Assembly: GCA_964016885.1 (NCBI GenBank)
Contig: OZ024753.1
Coordinates: 14,570,001 to 14,634,000 of the forward strand
From: Eledone cirrhosa
Lineage: Eukaryota
DNA length: 64,000 nt
Reading direction: 5' to 3'
The position numbers and the translations under genes were made by a program. The notes beneath the pieces were generated by a model, which worked only from the letters and a program-made list of their open reading frames with translations, was not told the DNA's origin and searched no databases. Numbering within the stretch: position 1 is the stretch's first letter; the number at the start of each line of letters is the position of its first letter. This document shows positions 38,267 to 50,790 of this stretch, one piece after another.

Positions 38267-38513
38267 CACATTTATATATACATATATACGCATACATATA
38301 TATATATATATACACATTTATATATACATATATACACATACATATACATATATATATATATACACATTTATATATACATATATACACATACATATATATA
38401 TACATATACATACATTTATATATACATATATACACATATATATATATACATATACATATATACACATATATATATATACATATACATATACATTCATTTA
38501 TATATACAAATAT

Positions 38514-38578
<65 letters not shown>

Positions 38579-38617
38579 CATATATATATACATACATTTA
38601 TATATACATATATACAC

Positions 38618-38648
<31 letters not shown>

Positions 38649-38791
38649 CATATATATACATATATATATATACATATATACATATATATATACATATACA
38701 TATATATATATATATACACATATATATATACATACATATATATACATGTATATATATATATATACATATATATATATACATATATATATAC

Positions 38792-38858
<67 letters not shown>

Positions 38859-38879
38859 CATATATATATACATATATAT

Positions 38880-39725
38880 TCGAACTGATCCACTTTGGAA
38901 AAGAGGATGCTCTGAAACTCCCGTACTCCCTTCCCTCCGGGGAAACTCTCGTGGCATCTAACAACATCAGAGACTTGGGAGTAACCGTGGACAGCAACAT
39001 AAGCTGGGCCACGCATATAAGCAGCAAAGTTGACATGGCCCGCAGAATGTGTTCCTGGATCCTCAGAACCTTCCAGTCAAGAGATTCCCGCACCATTATC
39101 CTTCTCTTCTCTACTTTCGCCCGACCACACCTTGAATACTGTTGTCCACTGTGGTCTCCCCACACGAAACAAAGTATCATGAAACTTGAAGCTCCTCAAA
39201 GGGCAATCACGAAAAAGATAGATGGCATGTCAGACCTTGACTACTGGGGTCGATTAGAAAACCTGAAACTTTACTCACTCCAACGTCGCCGTGAGCGTTA
39301 TATTATCTGCATGATGTGGAAAATGTTCCATCATCACTGCCCAAATGATGTTGGCATCGCCTTCAAGATACACCCAAGGCTTGGGCCCCGTGCTATCCGT
39401 CCCATTCAAAAATCTAAATCGCAACTCATAACAACAATACGGCACAATTATTTCACCTCAATCGGCCCTGCTCTCTTCAACATCACACCAGGACACGTCA
39501 AAACAGAAACTGACCACACAAAATTCAAGAAGTCTTTGGACAAATTCCTCCAAGTAATCCCGGACAAACCACCCACACCCGGATATGTCTCCGCAAACAG
39601 TAATTCTCTTCTCGAATGGGCCATGGTGCCCAAATCCTGAATTGAAAGACTTCGCCAGGTGGTGCTATTAAGTTAGACATGGCCTGGGCCAATACTGGCC
39701 AAAACATTTCAAAGTTTTCAAAGTT
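38880..39725 (+). pseudogene. 5'-truncated CR1-group LINE (ORF2 C-terminus, short 3'UTR) inserted in (TA)n
   Basis: ORF 38951-39640: [53 protein letters not shown]; tail AAACATTTCAAAGTTTTCAAAGTTT. Confidence 0.85.
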
Positions 39726-39771
<46 letters not shown>

Positions 39772-39896
39772 CATATATATATATATACATATATATATAT
39801 ACATATATATATATACATATATATATACATATATATATATACATATATATATATACATATATATATATACATATATATATATACATATATATATAC

Positions 39897-39929
<33 letters not shown>

Positions 39930-40068
39930 CATATATATACACATATATATATATACACATATATATATATATATATACACATATATATATATACATATAT
40001 ATATACATATATATATATACATATATATATATACATATACATATATACATATATATATATACATATAC

Positions 40069-40101
<33 letters not shown>

Positions 40102-40139
40102 CATATATATACATAAATATATACACACACACAAACACG

Positions 40140-40182
<43 letters not shown>

Positions 40183-40663
40183 TCACACATATATATATAG
40201 GTAGATATCTATATATATATATTTATACATACATACACATACACGCATACATACATATATATAGATATACATATATGTGTATATATATACATATATAAGT
40301 ATTTACATATGTATACACATAAATACACATATACATACACATATATATATATACATACACACATATATATATATATATATATACATATGCATATACATGC
40401 ACACACACACACATATATATATATATATGCATATACATGCATACACACATACATATATATATACATACACATGTACATATATATATAACATACATATACA
40501 TGCACGCACACATACATGTATATAACATATATAGATATGATATAAAGTATATATCTTTCATTTATTACTATACACACACACACACCCACTCACACACACA
40601 AGTATATTTGTATTAAATAAATATAGTCAGACAGTTACAAATTTAGAGGTTAATATGTGCCAT

Positions 40664-40850
40664 TGTGGATTGGCAGTATCGGTAGAGGGTCGGACGCCAT
40701 GCTTTGACGCATAAAGTTACGGCCCTTGCCATTTTGAGTTCAAATCCCGCCGAGGTTGACTTTGCCTTTTATCCTTACGGGGTCGATAAAATAAAGTACC
40801 AGTAATGCACTGGGTAATTGCTGGCCTTGTGCCTAAAGTAGAAACAATTA
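40664..40850 (+). mobile_element. SINE family C
   Basis: Complete consensus-like copy. Confidence 0.85.
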
Positions 40851-40934
40851 AATTTAGTTCTGACTTTGTCATAATATGTGTAATGAAATGCACATTATTA
40901 GTTATTTTGTGACTAATATAGTAACAAAACATAC

Positions 40935-41273
40935 CGTGGTAGGCTGAAATTGATAGGCTGGCTATGAAGGATTAATGCTAGAGCTGTGAAATCGTACATG
41001 CATTAATTTCAACTCTTCTTAGTAATAACTGCATTATTTCTTTCCAGGGACTATGTTGAAAAATAAACTTCATTTGGTCATTCCATTAGAGTATCTTGGT
41101 CAACCTATGAAGGAGTGATGCTAGAGCTGTGAAATCTTACATGCATTAAATTCAAACCGTCTTATTGATTACAGCATTGTTTTTTCTCAGGGACTATGTT
41201 GAAAAGTAAACCTCATTTGGTGATTCCATGAGAGTTCCTTGGTCAGACTATGAACATTTCAGCCGACCCTCGT
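40935..41273. mobile_element. Mariner-type MITE with internal duplication
   Basis: Body repeated twice (40966 and 41107); right end CAGCCGACCCTCG-TA. Confidence 0.65.
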
Positions 41274-41609
41274 ACAGTTCTGATATAAAATTATGCTCAA
41301 AGATTATCATTTTGTAGAACCAGAACCATTTTCAGCCAGGTTGATTTCAAAAGGTTTAAATATTTGCATCTTTGATAATTTTTTAAAAAGCCGGTACTAC
41401 GTGGTAGGAATATATAAAGAGCAAATTATGACAAATAAAATAAAACGAAGTAATGTTTTACCCAGTAAATTTCAACATGATATTTCAGGACTAATACCCT
41501 CTTTTCAAATGGGGAGCTGAAACAGTTAAAAACAAAATGGACGATCGATGTGTTCTTCCTTAACTGGCCTATGTCTGTGAGACATATACATATCTCACAG
41601 AGCTTCATA

Positions 41610-41838
41610 TTAACCCTTTAGCATTTATATTACTCTATATATACTATTGCACTTTTGTGGTAAAAGCTTTATCTTACATAATCATTTCACATAATATTAA
41701 ATCTATGATATTTTGATGTTATTTATGTTGAGAACAATACCTTAACATCGGAATGAGTGGCCAATTATTGCTAGTTTGAAAAGAAAGAGTTGAGAGAAGT
41801 CTGGCTGAAAATGGCCAGTTTAAATGCTGAAGGGTTAG
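41610..41838. mobile_element. piggyBac-like MITE
   Basis: TTAACCCTTTAGCATTTA...TAAATGCTGAAGGGTTAG. Confidence 0.6.
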
Positions 41839-42145
41839 TGGAGTTTTCATTTACTGGGAAAAGTGTGTGGGCTTGTAACTTGGTTTATAAAGAGATAAGC
41901 TCATATCAGTGAGTAGTAATTTCTGTTGCTGGAGCTTTGTTCCTTTGTTCTTGTGTGAAACAGAACAAAGGAAAGACAGAAAATAACAGCTTAGTCACTG
42001 AGGAGGTTACAGAATGTGTAACAAAAGAGATTTGACAATATACAAATAAACAACCATCAGGTTACTAAACTAACCAGCTGGAAATTTATAAATTGAAGTT
42101 AAAACCAACTTATAACTATATATGTATACATACATACATATATAT

Positions 42146-42492
42146 ATGGAAGCACATGGCTTAGTGGTTAGAGCATTGGCCTTGCAATCGAAAGGTTGTG
42201 AGTTCAATTCTCAGACCGGGTGATGTGTTGTTTCCTTGAGCAAGACACTTTATTTCACGTTGCTCCAGTTTACTCAGCTGTAGAAATAAGATGATAGGGA
42301 CTGGGGTCCCTATCATTCCACTGTAAAGTGGTCGTGTAGGCACCACGGAAAAAAAGCACCCAGCACTCACTGTAAATGAGGTTGGTGTTAGGAAGGGCAT
42401 CCAACTGTAGAAATCAACCCAGAATCAATTCCCGTCCCACCCTTGCAAGCAGGGAAAAGCAGACGTAAAATGATGATGATGATGATGATGAT
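42146..42492 (+). mobile_element. SINE family A, full length
   Basis: A/B boxes, CORE-like region, RTE tail, (GAT)n. Confidence 0.88.
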
Positions 42493-42939
42493 ATATATAT
42501 ATACATATATATATACATACTTAGTTTATGTATATACACATCATCATATATACTTATGTTCTATAACTAAATTTGTATTTAAATGATTAAATTCCAAAGT
42601 TATTTAGGCATATATATTTTATGAAATATTTCTCTAGAAACACAACTTTAAATAGACAAAACACCTGGGTTCTTTCTGACAATTTCTACAGTTAGAAAGA
42701 AATTTATCTACATTTCAGATTTATTGCTGCACTGTATGATAGTTTTTTCACTTCAAAGTTGAGGTTATTAATAAATAGAAACAAGAAAATAACAGAAAAT
42801 GACGCAATATCTTATGAAATGTTTCAAACCTGGAATTTATTTAATCAATCACTTTTTCTGAACTGCTTAACTCTGGGACGTAAACAAACAATAAAGATAA
42901 TCACATATATACACACACACTGATGAATATATATATATA

Positions 42940-43275
42940 TCATCATCATCATTTTACGTCCACTTTTCCCTGCTTGCAAGGGTGGGACGGGAACTGATTT
43001 TGGCTTGATTTCTACAGCTGGATGCCCTTCCTAACACCAACCTCATTTACAGTGAGTGCTGGGTGCTTTTTTGCCATGGCACCTCCACGACTACTTCGCA
43101 GTGGAATGATAGGGACCCCAGTCCCTATCATCTCATTTCTACAGCTGAGTAAACTGGAGCAATGTGAAATAAAGTTTCTTGCTCAAGGAAACAACACATC
43201 ACCTGGTCTGAGAATTGAACTCACAACCTTTCGATTTCAAGGCCAATGCTCTAACCACTAAGCCATGTGACTCCT
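42940..43275 (-). mobile_element. SINE family A, full length
   Basis: Inverted relative to 42146-42492. Confidence 0.88.
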
Positions 43276-43288
43276 ATATATATATATA

Positions 43289-43839
43289 CTAGCTCAATTA
43301 CCCGGAGTTGCCTGGGTTACTGCTGTTCTTATTCAGATTAGCAAGCAATAAATACGAAGATGTGTTTTTTTTTTTCTCATAATTATTTCAAAATATCTAT
43401 ATTTTATTTCTAAAATATCAAAATTGTAATGATATTAGAATTTAGAAATGGAAATCTGTCAATCTTGAAGCACCTTAGGGTAAACTATATTCATTGTGTA
43501 ATTTTTTGTTGGTGTCCAAATGAATAAATTGTTGCTACACACTCACACACATACACTCTCACATACATATACTAAGACAGACAAACAGACATATATTCAT
43601 GCAGACACACGCATAGCTTTTCAACGCATTTTTTGTCAGTCGTCACATATATATGTGTATTTAATAAGGTACCTAATGAACGCGCACACACACACACACT
43701 CACAAAACACACATACATGTTTATATCCAAAATGTGATGTCGTTGACTTGTTTTCTATTGTTTTAATCCAAATGAAAATAAAAATTACATTTGATTTGGT
43801 CCAGCCATTTGAGAATGCATAGGAATAGACAGACAGACA

Positions 43840-43850
<11 letters not shown>
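43289..43850 (-). mobile_element. Helitron-like non-autonomous element
   Basis: A|CTAG at 43289 next to hairpin ACCCGGAGTTGCCTGGGT; GATTTGGTCCAGCC and (ACAG)n near the other end, as in 22351-25666. Confidence 0.5.
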
Positions 43851-43895
<45 letters not shown>

Positions 43896-44189
43896 AATAT
43901 ATATACATACATATATATACATAAATATATATATATATATATATATCTGTACCTATAAATATCTATACATACATATATATACATAAATATATATACACAT
44001 CTGTACCTATAAATATCTTTACATACATATATATATATATATGTACACACTCACATCATCATCATCACCGTTTTACGTCCATTCTTCCATGCTAGCATGG
44101 GTTAGACGAGTTGTCCTGTTGTGGGCAGCGCCCGGTTGGCTTACCTTGTCTTGCTCATACGGGAACTGATTCTGGCATATATATATATA

Positions 44190-45107
44190 TGTAACGAGGT
44201 CGATGTTTGTTGTATTCAAGAGACCAGGTGGAGGGGAGGGTCGGTTAGATTCATCGTGGGTAAAGAACGATGCTATAAGCTTTTCTGGGTGGGAAATGAC
44301 AATGGGTTGGGTGGGGTAGGAATCATGGTAGCAGAAAAGTGGGCAGATAAGATAATAGACGTAAATAGAGTGAACGACAGAATAATTAAAATAAGACTTG
44401 TCCTCAATAAAAGTACGGTGACAGTAATATCTGCGTACGCACCCCAATCCGGACTGCCCCGCGCTATAAAAGACAGATTCTACGAGACACTGATGCTCGC
44501 TACCTCCCAAATAACCGACAGTGACTATATAGTTATTGCAGGCGACCTAAATGGTCACGTTGGACAACATTGTGACGGCTATGACGGAATCCATGGAGGC
44601 TATGGGTTCGGTACTAGAAATGAGGAAGGCTCCAGAATCCTGGAATTCTGCGACGCAAATAACTTAACTATCTGTAACACTAACTTCAAAAAACGAGACA
44701 ATCACTTGATCACCTATAGATCGGGGGAACACACAAGCCAGGTAGATTATATCCTTACCAGAAGACGTGACAGAGTGTCTGTTGTTAACACTAAATCCCA
44801 CCCCCATGAAGAATTCACCTCCCAACATAGACTGATAATTAGCGACCTCATAGTCAGGACGAGACGTACTAGACAGCGGAAGAGGACTATCCTCAGGAGA
44901 AAAATATGGAAGCTAAAGGACCCCATAGCCAGAAATAAATTTCAAAGCATATTACTTGACGCTTTCGACAGTAAGGAAGAGCAATTAGAGTCGTATAATA
45001 TAGAGGAACAGTGGGAATTCCTGAGAGCAAACCTGCTGACGGCGGCAGACGAAGTCTGTGGCTGGAGCAGGCCTGTAGGTAGGAGTAACATGGTGGTGGA
45101 ACAGTAA
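44190..45107 (+). pseudogene. APE endonuclease part of the RTE ORF (listed start 44121 runs into non-homologous flank)
   Basis: VDVCCIQETRW, GVGI, SAYAPQ, AGDLNGHVG, GFGTRNEEG, NTNFKK, QVDYIL, SQHRLI. Confidence 0.9.
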
Positions 45108-47151
45108 GGTGGAGGAGTCAATTAAGGCCAAAAAGCAGGCTTGGAAAGTATGGCGGGATGGGGGAAGTAGAGAAGACTATCAAGTGGCCAGGAGGGAAGC
45201 TAGGAGACAAGTGTACTTCGCAAGAAGGGAAGCAGAGGAAAGAAAGTTCAAGCATGTTCTACAACGTGAGGACCAAAAACGTGAGGTGTTCAGGATTGCC
45301 AGGCAATGTGTCAAGGAAAACCGTGATATTGTCGGGGAGAAGTGTGTACTTAACGATGATGGCATACTTGCCATCACCGACGCTGATAAGAAGGTAGCTT
45401 GGAAGTGTCACTACGAAAGGCTTCTAAATGAGGAGAACAAATGGGAGAAAGACAGTCTCCCCCAGATCGATCCAATAGAGGGACCAGCAGTGTTAGTTGA
45501 AGGTAGTATAATAAGTAAGGCAATCAAAGATATGAAGACGGGTAAGGCGGCTGGGCCTTCAGAAATAGTTGCTGAGATGCTGAAGGCATCTGGTTCGGTG
45601 GGACACACCATGGTCACCCGGATAGTTAACCAAGTCGTACAGAATGGGGTTGTTCCGAAGGAATGGCGTAGCAGCATCATCGTTAACTGCTATAAGGGAA
45701 AAGGAGATGCCCTAGATAGGAGTAACTATAGAGGCATTAAATTAATCGACCAGGTCATGAAGGTCACGGAAAAAGTAATAGCGCAACTAATCAGAGAGAG
45801 AATTGATCTAGATGAAATGCAGTTCGGGTTTGTGTCAGGCAAAAGTACCACAGACGCTCTTTTCATTGTACGACAACTACAGGAGAAGTACCTAGCTAAA
45901 AGTAAACCCCTATACTTAGCTTTCGTCGACTTGGAGAAAGCCTTCGACAGAGTCCCCCGTTCCATTATCTGGTGGTCTCTTAGAAAACTAGGTGTTGACG
46001 AATGGCTTGTGAGAGCTATACAAGCCATGTATAAAGAAACAGTCAGTAAGGTTAGAATTAACAACGAATATAGTGAAGAGTTTAGCGTAAAAGTTGGTGT
46101 CCATCAGGGCTCTGTTCTTAGCCCCCTACTATTTATTATTGCCCTTCAGGCTATAACAGAGGAGTTCAAGACCGGCTGCCCATGGGAACTCCTATACGCA
46201 GATGATCTAACGCTCATAGCTGAATCAATGACCGAACTAGAGAAGAAATTCCAAACGTGGAAGCACGGCCTAGAATCAAAAGGCCTTAAAATTAACCTGG
46301 CTAAGACTAAAGTTCTAGTTTGTAGGAAAGAAAATAAGGCGGCGGTCCCATCGGGGAAATGGCCATGCTCAGTGTGTAGGAAAGGCGTAGGTAGAAACTC
46401 CATTTTATGTCCCAAATGCAAAGTATGGGTGCATAAAAGATGTAGTGGGATCACAGGTAAGCTAACTAAGAACATAGATTTTACATGTGGCCGGTGCTCT
46501 GGTGCAATAAGTAGCAGCAAGTGCCCACAAAATACTAGCTCCTTCAACTGCACAGAGGGTTCTATAGAAATAGTGGACAGCTTCCGTTATCTGGGTGACA
46601 AAATCAGCAGTGGGGGAGGGTGCTCTGAAAGTACAGTAGCTAGAGTCAGAACTGGATGGAAAAAGTTCAGAGAGCTTATACCACTATTAGCCGCTAGAGG
46701 GTTCTCCCTAAAAATGAAAGGCAGGTTATACGATGCCTGCATACGAACAGCAATGCTGCATGGCAGTGAGACCTGGGCATTGTGTGCAGAGGATATACGC
46801 AGACTAGAGAGGAACGAAGCTTGCATGCTCCGCTGGATGTGCAATAGTAATATACGTGAACGGCAAAGCATAAACGAACTAAGGAAAAAATTAGAAATAA
46901 GAGGGATCAGATGTTGTTTACTCGAGAGAAGGCTACGTTGGTACGGTCACGTGATGCGCATGAAAGACGACAGCTGTATAACAAAGTGCAGGGCAATAAA
47001 GATAGACGGTAGCCACGGAGTAGGCAGACCCAGAAAAACATGGGACGAGCTGATAAATTCCGACCTCACACGCTTACACCTCTCCAAGACAATGTCACTG
47101 GACCGAGACCTTTGGCGGTACTCAGTAATAGAGAAGACCCGCCTTACCTAA
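45085..47151 (+). pseudogene. RT part of the RTE ORF with embedded PHD-type zinc finger
   Basis: Frame opens VTWWWNSKVEE; NYRGIKL, QFGF, FVDLEKAFDRV, GVHQGSVLSPLLF, LYADD, FRYLG, LRWYGHV. Confidence 0.92.
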
Positions 47152-47829
47152 ATACAAAGTAAAAACCTACTACAGTCAGTAGGCATCTCTATCAAAACAC
47201 ACCCCCGTCCCACCACCTCCACCCCACCCACACCGCCCCTTTCAATGTAAAGTTATGTTGGTCCCACAACATCCAGGCCGAAACAAATGAGATCGTGTAG
47301 GTGTCACGACAAAAAACACACAGTCCACGCTGTAAATGTGGCCGTGTAGGCAACACGGTAAAAACCTCCCAGCCCCACACTGTAAATGTGGTTGGTGTTA
47401 GGAAGGGCATCCAACTGTAGAAAACCCGCCAGACAGTCCTATGCGAGCAAGACAACCACTCTTGCCTCAAGTGGGAAAACCCCCGTCCAAACCCATGCAA
47501 GCGTGGAACACGGACGCTAAACCTGATGATGATGATGATGATGATGATGATGTACACATACACATACACACACACACATATATATATATATGTATGTATG
47601 TACACACACACACACACATATATATATAAATATATATATATCCATATAGATATATACACACATACATACATACAAATACACATATATATATATATTGACA
47701 TGAATATGTATACATATATATATATACAAATATACACATATATACATATACATACATAGACATATATATATATACAAATATACATACATATATACATACA
47801 TAGACATTCATATATATATATATATATAT

Positions 47830-47990
47830 ATCATCATCATCATCATCAATGTTTAACGTCCGTGTTCCACGCTTGCATGGGTTTGGACGGGGGTAGTCCC
47901 ACTTGAGGCAAGAGTGATTGTCTTGCTCGCATAGGACTGTCTGGCAGGTTTTCTACAGTTGGATGCCCTTCCTAACACCAACCACATTTA
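47830..47990 (-). mobile_element. RTE 3' tail fragment
   Basis: Reverse complement of 47380-47530. Confidence 0.8.
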
Positions 47991-48352
47991 CATATATATA
48001 TATACACATTCATATCTATATATATATACATGTATAAATCATCATCATCATCATCGTTGTTGATTAATGTCTCTCTTGGGTTCAACGGGTTTGTCCCAAT
48101 TAGAATCAAGTTGGGTTGAGTGACTGTGTCTCACTCACACAGGAGAATTTCTGGCTGGTTTTCTAGGGCTGGATACTCTTCGTAACGCTAACCACATTGA
48201 CAGTGTGCATTGGGTACTTTTTGCCATGTCTTTTACACACCCACTTTACAGTGTGGGCTGGGGTTTTTGGAGGCTGGAGCCCTTCCTAACGCCACCCACA
48301 TTTACAGTGTGTGCTGGATATTTTTTGTTGTGACACCTTCATATATATATAT

Positions 48353-48700
48353 TCATTTCATCATTTCATTTCATTTTACGTCCGCTTTTTCCCTGCTTGC
48401 AAGGGTGGGACGGGAACTGATTCTGGCTTGATTTCTACAGCTGGATGCCCTTCCTAACACCAACCTCATTTACAGTGAGTGCTGGGTGCTTTTTTGCCGT
48501 GGCACCTCCACGACCACTTTGCAGTGGAATGATAGGGACCCCAGTCCCTATCATCTCATTTCTACAGCTGAGTAAACTGGAGCAATGTGAAATAAAATGT
48601 CTTGCTTAAGGAAACAACACATCACCCAGTCTGAGAATTGAACTCACAACCTTTCGATTGCAAGGCCAATGCTCTAACCACTAAGCCACGTGCCTCCATG
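48353..48700 (-). mobile_element. SINE family A, full length
   Basis: Consensus-like. Confidence 0.88.
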
Positions 48701-48939
48701 TATATATATATAAAAGGACAGAACCAGTTTAAAACTAGTTTGAACATTACTCAACAGAGTACTCAATACTTGGTAGTAGAGTATGGCTATATCATAAAGA
48801 GTCGGGACAGACAGTTGAACTCTTGCTGTTTTAACAGCAAGTTCCAGACTTCAACAGCTAGTCTGGAACTAGCTGTTGAAATGGCAAGAGCTCAGCAGTT
48901 GGTCGCGACTCTTTATAATATTATAATATATATATATAT

Positions 48940-49225
48940 AGTGGAAGCATGTGGCCTAATGGTAAGGGTGTTGGACTTACGATCATAATGTTGTGGCTCG
49001 ATTCCTGGGTTGCGTGTTGTGTTCTTGAGCAAAACACTTCATTTCACATTGCTCCAGTATACTCAGCTGAAAGCGAGTACCAAGTATAGCTGGGGGTTTA
49101 ACTCTGCAATGGACTGGCATCCTGTCCAGGGGGGAGTCTTGTACTCTCAGTCACTTCATGCCATGAAACCGGGGGTAAGCACCGGCCAAATGAGCCTTCT
49201 GGCTTAAGACAGACTTTAGACTTAG
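48940..49225 (+). mobile_element. SINE family B
   Basis: Homologous to 5976-6272 along its length. Confidence 0.78.
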
Positions 49226-49229
49226 ATAT

Positions 49230-49672
49230 ATCATCATCAACGTTTAACGTCCGTGTTCCACGCTTGCATGGGTTTGGACGGGGGTTTTCCCACTTGAGGC
49301 AAGAGTGATTGTCTTGCTCGCATAGGACTGTCTGGCAGGTTTTCTACAGTTGGATGCCCTTCCTAACACCAACCACATTTACAGTGGGAGGTTTTTACCG
49401 TGTTGCCTACATGGCCACATGACAGCTTGGACTGTGTTTTTTTGTCGTGACACCTACACGATCTCATTTGTTTCGGCCTGGATGGTGTGGCACCAACATA
49501 ACTTTACATAGAAGGGGGCGGTGTGGATGGGGTGAAACGGGGGTGTATTTTGTTAGAGATGCCTACTGACTGTAGTAGGTTTTAGTTTGTATTTAGGTAA
49601 GGCGGGTCTTCTCTATTACTGAGTACCGCCAAAGGTCTCGGTCCAGTGACATTGTCTTGGTGAGGTGTAAGT
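49230..49672 (-). mobile_element. RTE 3' fragment
   Basis: Reverse complement of 47072-47530. Confidence 0.85.
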
Positions 49673-49946
49673 TATATATATATAACTGTTCACCACACCA
49701 ATCTTCCATGACCTTCTCTCCTCTTCTATTTCCCTCTTGTTCTTTTTCTTAACTCTCCTGATGAAGGACTAACATCAGATATGTTCAACTTTCTTCTCTC
49801 TCTCATCCGAAGTGTAAACCTAATAAGGCTAATGGATGTTGTATAGCTGGGTTTGTCATTTATTACAATTACACACATATATATATATATATATAGGTAT
49901 GTTTAACAATTCAACAACATTTGGACGTGCATCTATATATGAGAAC

Positions 49947-50038
49947 ACATATCTGAGGAGCTTCCGATTCGAGAGTCAGGAACGAACATTATTCAATCGT
50001 TCCTCAAACTGGTCGACAGTGAAACATATGTAATATGT
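49947..50038 (+). ncRNA. Type I minimal hammerhead ribozyme with long stem II (family H3) in a 196-bp island (49896-50091) between TA runs
   Basis: Stem I ACATAT / ATATGT; core CTGAGGA 49953-49959; stem II GCT / AGT base with apical AGGAACGA / TCGTTCCT; GAAA 50021-50024; palindromic ACATATGT; cleavage after GUA (50032). Confidence 0.75.
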
Positions 50039-50086
50039 AATTAAATATGTATATCATGCAATACTGATTCTTTGTTCCCATTTATT

Positions 50087-50124
<38 letters not shown>

Positions 50125-50221
50125 AGATTCAGGACCCCGACAGCTGAGCTCTGGTCGTTTTGACAGCTAGATCCGATCTGGTCCATCTGGTATCTTACCA
50201 CACCTTCTTTGTTTTATATAT

Positions 50222-50562
50222 ATGGAGGCACATGGCTTAGTGGTTAGAGCATTGGCCTTGCAATCGAAAGGTTGTGAGTTCAATTCTCAGACCGGATGAT
50301 GTGTTGTTTCCTTGAGCAAGACACTTTATTTCACATTGCTCCAGTTTACTCAGCTGTAGAAATGAGATGATAGGACTGGGGTCCCTATCATTCCACTGCA
50401 AAGTGGTCGTGGAGGTGCCACGGCAAAAAAGCACCCAGCACTCACTGTAAATGAGGTTGGTGTTAGGAAGGGCATCCAGCTGTAGAAATCAAGCCAGCAT
50501 CAGTTCCCGTCCCACCCTTGCAAGCAGGGAAAAAGCAGACGTAAAATGAAATGATGATGATA
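50222..50562 (+). mobile_element. SINE family A, full length
   Basis: Consensus-like. Confidence 0.88.
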
Positions 50563-50619
50563 CAATTATATTAATGACACACACATACACACACATATAT
50601 ATATATATTTATACACACA

Positions 50620-50790
50620 TCAAATAGGCTTCCATGGAGTTTCCCTCTACCACATTTCACTGACAACCATTGGTCACCTAGAAACCTATGGTAGAAGACA
50701 CATGCACAAGGTGCAACAGAGTGGGTCTGAATCCAAAACCTCAGTGTTGTAAGACAGAGTCCTTAACCACACAGCTATGTCTGCATCATA
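50620..50790 (-). mobile_element. Old tRNA-derived SINE family D (related degenerate copy about 16362-16510 plus)
   Basis: Minus reads GCAGACATAGCTGTGTGGTTAAG...GATTCAGACCCAC...CACCTTGTGCATGTGTCTTCTAC. Confidence 0.5.

Larger units (their letters stand above)
44190..47550 (+). mobile_element. RTE-clade LINE, slightly 5'-truncated, one frameshift, (GAT)n tail
   Basis: APE, RT and 3'UTR 47152-47550 contiguous; starts immediately after a (TA)n run. Confidence 0.93.

Noticed and set aside
42146-42225. tRNA genes at SINE heads
   Set aside because: A and B boxes are present but continue into SINE bodies; no complete cloverleaf with terminator.
45158-46871. ORFs overlapping or antisense to the RTE and Penelope ORFs
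   Set aside because: Shadow frames with no recognisable motifs.
49752-49815. CTCCTGATGAAGGA...TCCGAAG hammerhead-like motif
   Set aside because: GAAA and stems I and III are absent.
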